Source of the DNA: Selaginella moellendorffii
Lineage: Eukaryota > Plantae > Lycopodiophyta
Assembly: GCF_000143415.4 (NCBI RefSeq)
Contig: NW_003314288.1
Coordinates: forward strand, 357,838-421,837
Reading direction: 5' to 3'
Length of the DNA: 64,000 nucleotides
The notes beneath the pieces are model-generated. The model ran no database searches. It worked only from the letters and a program-made list of their open reading frames with translations, and was not told the DNA's origin. The position numbers and the translations under genes are program-made. Numbering within the stretch: the stretch's first letter is position 1; each line of letters opens with the position of its first letter. Below are positions 13,031 to 22,569 of the stretch, piece after piece.

Positions 13031-13483
13031 TGAAGATGATTTTTTATTTAATTTGTGTAGAGTGTGGTTTATTTTTGCATATTGAGTGTATCAATATCTT
13101 TTAGTTAGCAGATTATATTGAAGAACTGAAGACTACCTACAATTAAGTGCATGCAGCAACAGATTATATAAAAAATGAATGCAGAGAATAACAAATCGGG
13201 ATTTCTAGGAAGTTCGTGAGTGTTGTTAGTAATAATAATAATAATCATAAAAACATGATGTTCAGCCAGTTAGAAGATTGTCTGAAAATTATGCATGTAC
13301 TGATTCTTCAGCTCTTGAGCAACTGATTGCTGCTGGCTCACTTTCTATATATATAAAAGAGACAATAAACATCTAAGCTGCTGCAGTTAAGCTGTGACAT
13401 TATAAAGTTTAAAAAGGAAAAGAATTAGAAAAAGAAAAAACAGAAAACACAGTTAAGTACTAACAAATCGGGATTTCTAGGGT

Positions 13484-16400
13484 ATGCGTGCGGCGCTAGG
13501 GTTTGTGTGGTGTGTGTCATTTCTCAACAATCTCATGGAGTGGAAAACGTTTTTCAGGGATCCCACTTTCTGGTGGGACAACAGGTTCAAGAAGAAAAAC
13601 AAGTTCTTCTCAGAGTCCTACCCGGATTTCAAACATGTTTCTACCGGAGAGAGCCTGTGGATCGCCAACAGGAAAACACCAACCTGGGTCTCTGCAAAAC
13701 TCGAGTCGCTCGCTGACCCAGCTGTAGGTAAGGCCGCCACGGCCCGCTACAAATCTCCACATACCCCACCTGTAGCTGGTGATGAACCGGTGAGTTTAGG
13801 GAGGCTGATACACCGCGTGAGAGACTCAGCTGAGAGCAGATCCCTTTCTTTGGGAAAACAAGCCCATGAAGCTGTGCTCAAGAGTGATGAGCACAAAAGC
13901 AACATCTACTTGTTGACGGGATTGATCGATATGTACTGCAAGTGTGGAGAGCTTGAGGAGGCTCGCAAGATTTTCGACTCCATGGGAACCCGGAGTGTTG
14001 TGTCCTACAACGCGATCATCCAGGGCTGTGGCTCGAACGGGCAAGCTGAACTTGCTCTGGAGTACTACTCTGCCCTGACAGTTGATAACACCATTCAACC
14101 CGACGATCGGACTCATGTCGCGGTGATCAGTGCCTGCTCCAGACTTGCTACCGAATCCAGCGAGAAGAGGGAGAGAGCTCTACGCATCGGGATGGAGATC
14201 CATTCAATGCTGAGCAAGGAGAAGAAACAGGTAGATCTGTTCGTGGCGACTTGCCTGGTAGACATGTACTGCAAGTGTGGCGAGCTTGAGGAGGCTCGCA
14301 AGATTTTCCACTCCATGGGAACTCGGAGTGTTGTCTCCTACAATGCGATCATCCACGGCTGCAGCTCGAACGGGCAAGCTGAACTTGCTCTGGAGTACTA
14401 CTCTGCCCTGAGAGCTGATAACACCATTCAACCCGACGATTGGACACATGTCGCGGTGATCAGCGCCTGCTCCACACTTGCTACCGAATCCAGCGAGAAG
14501 AGGGAGAGAGCTCTACGCATCGGGATGCAAGTCCATTCAGTACTGAGCAAGGAGAAGAAACATCTAGATCTGTTCGTGGCGAATTGCCTGGTAGACATGT
14601 ACTGCAAGTGTGGCGAGCTTGAGGAGGCTCGCAAGATTTTCCACTCCATGGGAACTTGGACTGTTGAGTCCTACACCGCGATCATCCAGGGCTGCAACAC
14701 GAACGGGCGAGCTGAACTTGCTCTGGAGTACTACTCTGCCCTGAGAGTTGATAACACCATTCAACCCGACGATCGGACTCATGTCGCGGTGATCAGCGCG
14801 TGCTCCAGACTTGCTACCGAATCCAGCGAGAAGAGGGAGAGAGCTCTACGCATCGGGATGGAGATCCATTCAATGCTGAGCAAGGAGAAGAAACAGGTAG
14901 ATCTGTTCGTGGCGACTTGCCTGGTAGACATGTACTGCAAGTGTGGCGAGCTTGAGGAGGCTCGCAAGATTTTCCACTCCATGGGAACTCGGAGTGTTGT
15001 GTCCTACACCGCGATCATCCAGGGCTGCAACACGAACGGGCGAGCTGAACTTGCTCTGGAGTACTACTCTGCCCTGAGAGTTGATAACACCATTCAACCC
15101 GACGATTGGACTCATGTCGTGGTGATCAGCGCCTGCTCCACACTTGCTACCGAATCCAGCGAGAAGAGGGAGAGAGCTCTACGCATCGGGATGGAGATCC
15201 ATTCAATGCTGAGCAAGGAGAAGAAACAGCTAGATCTGTTCGTGGCGAATTGCCTGGTAGACATGTACTGCAAGTGTGGCGAGCTTGAGGAGGCTCGCAA
15301 GATTTTTCACTCCATGGGAACTCGGAGTGTTGTGTCCTACAACGCGATCATCCAGGGTTGCGGCTCGAATGGGCAAGCTGAACTTGCTCTGGAGTACTAC
15401 TCTGCCCTGAGAGCTGATAACACCATTCAAGCTGATGCTTGCACCTACACCTGCGTCCTTGTTGCTTGCGGGAGTGTGATGGCGATCAAGCTCGGGAGGG
15501 AGATTCACCAGCTGGCGAAGCATAAAGGGCTGCTGAAAAACAATCCAGTTCTGGGCTCCAGCCTGGTGAGCTTCTACGGCAAATGCGGTGATGTTGATTC
15601 TGCTCAGGAAGCGTTTGACGAGTGCCGAGCTCGGGACGACACGGCTCTCTGGAACTCTCTCATACAGGCTTACACTCTCCAGGGCCGATCGATCGAGGCC
15701 TTGGAGCGTTTCTATTCCATGACTCAGGAGGAGGGCTGTAAAGCTGACGATGTGAGTTTTGTTTCGGTGTTGAACGCTTGCAGCCATGGTGGTCTGGTCG
15801 GGAAAGGAAGGCAGCTTCTGGATGAAATGCCCAAGCAGTATGGAGTCAAGCCACGTCTGGAGCATTATGTGTGCCTGATCGATATGCTCGGGCGAGCTAA
15901 CCTCCTCGACGAAGCTGTGAGAGTTCTCAGAGCCATGCCTTTTGAACCGGATGCAGTGGTTTGGACGTCCCTGCTCGGAGCCTGCCGGAAGTGGAAGAAT
16001 TACACGATCGGCAAACTCGCGTTTGAGCGTCTTGTGGAGATGGATCCCAAGAGCGGCACGCCCTACGCATTGATGGCCAATATATTTGGAAACCTGGGGA
16101 TGCTCAGTGAAAGGGCCGCTGTTGTGGAGAGAATGAGAGGTGAAGGCAGCTTCAGGGAGCCCGGGAGAAGCTGGTGGACGGATGTTTGCTCAGGAAAAGT
16201 GCATTCTTTTTCTGTCGAGGATAGGAGTCACTCACAGAGCGACGAGATTGCGGCCAAGCTCAAGCAATTGTTGCTGAGAATGAAAGAGGAGGGGTATGCG
16301 AGCGATGTGATCAACGTTCTAAAAGACATACCCGAGGAAGAGAAAGAGGATCACCTGTGCGGCCACAGTGAGAAGCTTGCGCTGGGGTGTGCTCTGGTGA

Positions 16401-16573
16401 ACTCGCACCAGAAGGAGACCATCAGAATTGTGAAAAATCTCCGAGTTTGTGACGATTGCCATGCGGCCACTGCTCTCATCTCTAAGCTGGAAAAAAGGCT
16501 AATCATCTGCAAAGATGCCAGTCGGGTTCATGTGTTCCAGGATGGCAGATGTTCCTGTGACAACTACTTTTGA
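13484..16573 (+). CDS. PLS-class PPR protein with E1/E2 and DYW cytidine-deaminase domain, plus an N-terminal PDF (OSB-type ssDNA-binding) motif
   Basis: Intact 1029-aa ORF (true start may be the ATG at 13535). S/P/L triplets, P2-L2-S2 (LEHYVCLIDMLGRAN), E1 (AVVWTSLLGAC), PG box PGRSW, HSEKLA, KNLRVCDDCH, C-terminus CSCDNYF. N-terminus WKTFFRDPTFWWDNR...PDFKH..TGESLW...PTWV. Confidence 0.95.
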   Translation: MRAALGFVWCVSFLNNLMEWKTFFRDPTFWWDNRFKKKNKFFSESYPDFKHVSTGESLWIANRKTPTWVSAKLESLADPAVGKAATARYKSPHTPPVAGDEPVSLGRLIHRVRDSAESRSLSLGKQAHEAVLKSDEHKSNIYLLTGLIDMYCKCGELEEARKIFDSMGTRSVVSYNAIIQGCGSNGQAELALEYYSALTVDNTIQPDDRTHVAVISACSRLATESSEKRERALRIGMEIHSMLSKEKKQVDLFVATCLVDMYCKCGELEEARKIFHSMGTRSVVSYNAIIHGCSSNGQAELALEYYSALRADNTIQPDDWTHVAVISACSTLATESSEKRERALRIGMQVHSVLSKEKKHLDLFVANCLVDMYCKCGELEEARKIFHSMGTWTVESYTAIIQGCNTNGRAELALEYYSALRVDNTIQPDDRTHVAVISACSRLATESSEKRERALRIGMEIHSMLSKEKKQVDLFVATCLVDMYCKCGELEEARKIFHSMGTRSVVSYTAIIQGCNTNGRAELALEYYSALRVDNTIQPDDWTHVVVISACSTLATESSEKRERALRIGMEIHSMLSKEKKQLDLFVANCLVDMYCKCGELEEARKIFHSMGTRSVVSYNAIIQGCGSNGQAELALEYYSALRADNTIQADACTYTCVLVACGSVMAIKLGREIHQLAKHKGLLKNNPVLGSSLVSFYGKCGDVDSAQEAFDECRARDDTALWNSLIQAYTLQGRSIEALERFYSMTQEEGCKADDVSFVSVLNACSHGGLVGKGRQLLDEMPKQYGVKPRLEHYVCLIDMLGRANLLDEAVRVLRAMPFEPDAVVWTSLLGACRKWKNYTIGKLAFERLVEMDPKSGTPYALMANIFGNLGMLSERAAVVERMRGEGSFREPGRSWWTDVCSGKVHSFSVEDRSHSQSDEIAAKLKQLLLRMKEEGYASDVINVLKDIPEEEKEDHLCGHSEKLALGCALVNSHQKETIRIVKNLRVCDDCHAATALISKLEKRLIICKDASRVHVFQDGRCSCDNYF
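13928..15430 (+). repeat. 333-bp (111-aa) coding tandem repeat, about 4.5 copies of an S-P-L triplet
   Basis: DMYCKCGELEEARKIF codons start at 13928, 14261, 14594, 14927 and 15260. Confidence 0.95.
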
Positions 16574-17134
16574 AAACATGTCAGTGCTCTTTCTTGCAGT
16601 TATCCCTGGTTTTAAACCCTCCGTGAGTCAAGCAGAAACATGGGGCGCTGAGTGAGCATGCCTCGTCAAAGTACCGCCGCCAACCTGAACTTCACGGAGA
16701 AAAAAATAACATTTAAAAGTTAAAACTATGCAAAAGGAGGTTGTCTTAAATTTAAATTTCTTTTTGGTAGCAGAATCGGGGAATGCTGACTAAACCTGCC
16801 AACAGGTGCCCCAAAACAGAGCACCCAGATTCAGATAATAAGCCTTAGTATGAAGGCTGATAGCAAGTACCGCCTCATGTTCCGGGAGCAAGGTGATGGC
16901 GGCTTGCGGCATGACCAACTTTGGGTTTGTGCTCCTAGAGCACGTTGAAAGACGTGTGGAAGCTGGTGACGACAGCATTTGTTTCTTGCAATGTACTCAC
17001 CAGCTCCTCGGCGACGTCTTCCTTCCAGATTTTTTGAGCTTGTCGTGAGTGGTAACCTGCTTGCTCTCTCCTGTGACGACTTCTTCCAGCCTCTGGTGCC
17101 CAGGCTCTCTTGTGGATGGAGCTAGCCCTACACA

Positions 17135-17152
17135 GTGTGTGTGTGTGTGTGT
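17135..17152 (+). repeat. (GT)n microsatellite
   Basis: Short GT run, visible directly. Confidence 0.7.
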
Positions 17153-18346
17153 ATCAACCAGCAGATGCACAAATCGTTGAGAATTAGCAACAAGTGNNNN
17201 NNNNNNNNNNNNNNNNNNNNNNNNNNNNNNNNNNNNNNNNNNNNNNNNNNNNNNNNNNNNNNNNNNNNNNNNNNNNNNNNNNNNNNNNNNNNNNNNAGAA
17301 GAGTAGAAACAAATTAAGAAATGTAAATTAAGAAGTGCAAAAGAGATGAAAATAAAAATTGTCCATCCTAATCAGTTTGCTGAAATTAAGTTGGATTCAA
17401 TTCTTCCAGCTCCAAATATTGTGTGATTGAGTTGTAAGTTAATTAATAGTAGAAAATAAGAAAAAAAACAAACATTGAAAAAATAGTGTTTGATAATATC
17501 TTCTTTGCTTTTAGTTTTTTATTTTCGAAAGAAAATTAGTGGGGGAGTGCTGGTAAAGATATCTTTGCCGTTCATTGGTGGTTAATTAAATGAGCATGTT
17601 TAGAGATGTTTATAAGAGTTTAGCTCTGGACCAAGAGTTACCCGAAAATTAAAGTTCAAAATTTACGTTTTCCCTATTTGCACAATAACTTAAGCTAAAG
17701 TAATGTACTTACCCTTATTTTTTATGGGAAAATTATTAGTATTTTGGATTCGCACGGAAAAAAAGGGAGGATTCTTAAGTAATTTTCAAAATCCCCGACC
17801 AAATCTAAAGTGTTGGGGTCATTTTATTTTAAGGGAAGTTGTTAAAAATTATTCCGGAAATATTCGAGAAGATCCTTAGGTTAGGGTGATCTTGCGGCAC
17901 AGCCGGTAATCCAATTTTAGGGTTGGAAGAGGAAACAGAGCTCTGGGAAATGGGGCCGATCGAGCTGGATCTGGGCCTGCTCTTGCTCTATCTTCACCAA
18001 CAGGAGGAGGAAGAGGTGCCCATGGAGGGAGAGGTGGCCATGGAGTGGGAGGAGGGCGCGGGGTGGCCGGGGTTGGCCGCGGATCTCTGAATCTGGCCCT
18101 GGGAGGATTAGGCCATGGTTCTGAGGTGACTCGAGGAGGGGGTGCCCCGGGAGGAGGAGGCCATGGTTCTACCCTAGGAGGAGGATGCCGCAGTTCTTCT
18201 CCAGGAGGAGGAGGCCATGGATCATCACCAGGAGGAGGCCAAGCCTTGGTGGGAGGAGCCGAAGCCACAGCGGGAGGAGTCCAAGCCACGCCCAGAGGAG
18301 CCCAAGCCATGTCCAGAGGAGTCGATCCAATTCGCAACATCAATAG

Positions 18347-19206
18347 GTACTTGATGTCTGGTGCTGGAACTGACTGGCTCCCTCCGGAGTGTGATATCTC
18401 CTTAACGGGCTGTGGCTCACCCGTTAACTTGATCCAACCATTGGCAGCCGTCAGATCGAGTCAGGTTCTCTGTGAGAATGTGGCTGACAACTGCCAGGTT
18501 CTCCAGAACCCAGCTGCCAGTTGCCAGGTTCTGGAGAACCAGGCTACCAGCTGCCAGGTTCTGGAGAACCAGGCTACCAGCTGCCAATTCTGGAAAACCC
18601 TCTCATCCTCGAATAACATTCTTCCACGTGTCTGTTAACAGTCTTGCCACAGCCCGTTAAGGCCGTTCCCGGGCATGGGCTCGCTCGTTCCCTCCAGAAC
18701 GTGCTCACCGGGCTAACGCCCGGCTCGCCCGTTCTGGGCGGGAACGTGCTCGCCCTAACCGGGAACTGCTTCTTAACAAGCTATGGCTTGCCCGTTGACT
18801 TGATCCAACTGTTGGCAGCTGGCCAATTCTGGAGAACCCTCTCATCCTCGAATAACATTCTTCCACGTGTCCGTTAATGGTCTTGCCACAGCCTGTTAAG
18901 GCCGTTCCACAGGGACGGGCTCACTCGTTCCCTCCAGAACGCGCTCGCCAGGCTAATGCCTGGCTTGCCCATTCTGGGCGGGAACGTGCTCACCCTACCC
19001 GGGAGGCCTGGTTGGTTTTGGCACGGGAACGAGGCTCCAAAATCCCTGGAGCAGCTGCTTGACGTTTTCTACAAATCATCCACCAGGAACTGCTTGCTCC
19101 TGCTCAACGTCCCTCCAAACTCGTTGGGACTGATTGACAAATCCGACTTCCAGACGCTGGAGCGGTTTAGCTCCGCCACAGATTCCATCTTCAGCATCAA
19201 CTTAGC
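18347..19206 (+). pseudogene. Alpha-L-fucosidase (GH29, FUC1-like) fragment interrupted by a ~600-bp insertion; runs into a gap
   Basis: GTDWLPPECDISL (to 18404) joins RPGWFWHGNEAPKSLEQLLDVFYKSSTRNCLLLLNVPPNSLGLI (from 19004), a conserved plant GH29 stretch. Confidence 0.85.
18402..19003. mobile_element. Tandem array of TTAA-bounded inverted-repeat (MITE-like) units
   Basis: TTAACGGGCTGTGGC at 18402 is inverted at GCCACAGCCCGTTAA ending 18660. A second unit GGCCGTTCCC...GGGAACTGC follows. The pair repeats from 18773. Internal 30-bp tandem repeats. Confidence 0.65.
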
Positions 19207-20186
19207 NNNNNNNNNNNNNNNNNNNNNNNNNNNNNNNNNNNNNNNNNNNNNNNNNNNNNNNNNNNNNNNNNNNNNNNNNNNNNNNNNNNNNNNNNNNNNN
19301 NNNNNNNNNNNNNNNNNNNNNNNNNNNNNNNNNNNNNNNNNNNNNNNNNNNNNNNNNNNNNNNNNNNNNNNNNNNNNNNNNNNNNNNNNNNNNNNNNNNN
19401 NNNNNNNNNNNNNNNNNNNNNNNNNNNNNNNNNNNNNNNNNNNNNNNNNNNNNNNNNNNNNNNNNNNNNNNNNNNNNNNNNNNNNNNNNNNNNNNNNNNN
19501 NNNNNNNNNNNNNNNNNNNNNNNNNNNNNNNNNNNNNNNNNNNNNNNNNNNNNNNNNNNNNNNNNNNNNNNNNNNNNNNNNNNNNNNNNNNNNNNNNNNN
19601 NNNNNNNNNNNNNNNNNNNNNNNNNNNNNNNNNNNNNNNNNNNNNNNNNNNNNNNNNNNNNNNNNNNNNNNNNNNNNNNNNNNNNNNNNNNNNNNNNNNN
19701 NNNNNNNNNNNNNNNNNNNNNNNNNNNNNNNNNNNNNNNNNNNNNNNNNNNNNNNNNNNNNNNNNNNNNNNNNNNNNNNNNNNNNNNNNNNNNNNNNNNN
19801 NNNNNNNNNNNNNNNNNNNNNNNNNNNNNNNNNNNNNNNNNNNNNNNNNNNNNNNNNNNNNNNNNNNNNNNNNNNNNNNNNNNNNNNNNNNNNNNNNNNN
19901 NNNNNNNNNNNNNNNNNNNNNNNNNNNNNNNNNNNNNNNNNNNNNNNNNNNNNNNNNNNNNNNNNNNNNNNNNNNNNNNNNNNNNNNNNNNNNNNNNNNN
20001 NNNNNNNNNNNNNNNNNNNNNNNNNNNNNNNNNNNNNNNNNNNNNNNNNNNNNNNNNNNNNNNNNNNNNNNNNNNNNNNNNNNNNNNNNNNNNNNNNNNN
20101 NNNNNNNNNNNNNNNNNNNNNNNNNNNNNNNNNNNNNNNNNNNNNNNNNNNNNNNNNNNNNNNNNNNNNNNNNNNNNNNNNNNNNA

Positions 20187-22566
20187 ATATATGTGTGCAA
20201 ATACTAAACAGGTAATACACCTTGTGGGTGTTCTTTTGCAAATAGCCTGCAGAAAAAAAGCTATTAAAATAAATATTTGATTTGTAAAGAATACTTGATG
20301 CATTAAAAATATAAGCTTATAAAACACTTTTTCTCCATCTAGCATGTCATAGAGGACAAAGTAGCAATCTATTTAAATTATAACTCAATGTAGATTAAAA
20401 TCACTAAAGGATGATCCTAATGATTCAAAACAACTATTATACTTGTCTCAAAAGGCTAGCAATATTCTAATCTGAATACCAATACTGGATTTGGAATGAT
20501 GCTAGACTGGGAACTGAAGTATAACTCTAGTTGAGTCTAGTATTCCTAAGAGTTTAAGAATGATTAAGATTGTACTCCAATATGTTAGTTTTGAAAAATT
20601 TCATATACTTATATTCCATGATATTGGAAGAGAAGAGAATAGATTGGTCATGAAACATTGAACAAGTGCTAGTTGCCATTGAAGAAGCAATAGTGCTCTA
20701 TACAACAACATTATATATAAAACTCCACCCTGCAGAATAGAAAGAAAGTTTTCGAAGGGAATGGATGAGTAGGAAATGGCACTTGTGATATTTCTTATTT
20801 CCAATGGGGAGAATTGTTTGGGATGTTGAGCATCCCTGATTGCTATGCTAGATAATATGTTTGATAACATATGTCAAACTTCTCATCATCAAATTACTTA
20901 ACTATCCTTCATTATGCATATATTAATTCCTAAAGCTCTCCAAGGATTTGGTTCTTGACAGATTATGGCATTGACTTTGCGGAAGATTTGATAAATTTCC
21001 TTGTAAAATCGCCTTGCATACATGCTTTGCAAAGAACAATCCAGTCAACATAGATTAAGCCCATCATAAAAGTGGGCCAATTGTCTTTAAACTTAATTCT
21101 CTGTATCAACATCCAATGAAGCCTTTGTAAATGCTAGCCATCAACGAATGGGCTGAGGCCCAGCTCCAGCAACATGCTGTGCAATGCTTCGCAAGCGGAG
21201 AGGATACCATATGGAACACAGAGAGGAGAACATATGAAGCATGTCGGGAGGCAACCAGGAAGATAGGATACAAATGGGAACGAGCTATCACCTTACTGCA
21301 ATGAGCCCATCTCCACCTGCGCCTCAAACGCAAGCTTTCCACACCACTACTTCCCACTTTCAACAAGAGCTCATGAGAGACTTCCACAGCTCACTCTCAC
21401 CGGCATGGTCTTGAGAATCTGGATTACCACGCCTAGCATGGCACTGATGTGGAGCAGGAGGAGCGCAGTGCTGCTGCTGAAATTCACAACAGCAGCATTG
21501 GATCTTACATTGCTGACTATAGCAAACCCACTGCACTTAACATTCCAGATGCATGGGACACCACGGACTCATACACAAGAGGCGGAGGACTATGCTCCTC
21601 ATGAAGACTCTCCTATGCTCAATCCTCTGTGCGTCCCGCTCTCCATCCATGGGGGATGGGGTGGCTCACGGAATGGCTGGATATCAACGATCGATGTTTG
21701 GGTCAACACATCAAAACAGTGAAGAATCAAGTCTGAACTGCTCTGAAGATGTTCTCCAGCATCACATAAGGCAATGCATCACTCACAAGGCTGGACTGGC
21801 ACGTAAATTCCGCAGCATGCATCCCTCGATTCATCTCCCCGTGGTTTTTACACGCGGTAAGAAACGTTGCCCATGAAACTCCATCAGCTGGCAAAGGCAT
21901 ATTCTCCAGGACATCCTCGGCCTCTTCCAATTGCCCTAGCCGTCCTAGAGCATCAACAATGCAGGTGTAGTGGTCTTGCGAAGGGTCCAATCCATTGTCA
22001 AAGCTCATTGCCGTGAAGTAGCTTACTGCTTCCTTGACAAGCCCCAGATGGCTACACTCCGTCAAAACAAGGGCAAACACTGCCTTGTCGGGATCAAAGC
22101 CGTGAAGAAACATCGCCCAAAATAGCTGGATCGTAGAATACGTATGGCCAGTCTGGGCATATGCTGCTAGCATCGTGTTCCAGGAGACCAAATTCCAAGT
22201 TGGTATTCTATCAAATGCCTTCTTTGCATCACAAATATTTGCATCTAAAGCATATGCCATGAGAATTGTGTTCCATGAATAGGAATCCCAGCAGCAACAC
22301 AAAGAAAACCCTCGTATAGCGTCTTTGAAATGATCTCTCTGGGCATAAACAGTGATTATCGAGTTCCATGAAACAAGATCTCTGTGTGGCATTGCTTCAA
22401 ACAATTGTTTTCCTTGATCAGCGTTGCCTTTTTGTGTGTATGACTTGATCATAATTGTCCACAAAAGTATGCTGTGCAGAGGCATCCTATCAAACAAACT
22501 CTTGGCTTGAATCAAATCCCCATTTTGGGCATAGCAGCAGTGCATTGCCCCCCAGAGGATTGCGTT
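20187..22566 (-). repeat. Left arm of an inverted segmental duplication (partner 27657-29475)
   Basis: 20881 TCTCATCATCAAATTACTTAACTATC is the reverse complement of ~28730-28755; the PPR coding parts are also homologous. Confidence 0.9.
21727..22566 (-). pseudogene. PLS/E-class PPR gene, 3' part (5' end replaced by a gypsy remnant)
   Basis: LVSWNTMLAAYAQTG, DHYTCIVDALGRLGQLEEAE, E1-like VSWATFLTACKNHG. Confidence 0.85.
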
Positions 22567-22569
22567 CTC

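Noticed and set aside
16160-16573. U-to-C type DYW editor
   Set aside because: Has a PG box and HSE; lacks the KP/HAE and GRP/DRH signatures.
16790-17130. Minus-strand exon-like segments with AG/GT borders
   Set aside because: No recognisable protein and cut off by a gap; cannot support a call.
19207-20186. ORFs full of X (also 17197-17296, 59630-60285, 62372-62685)
   Set aside because: Assembly gaps.
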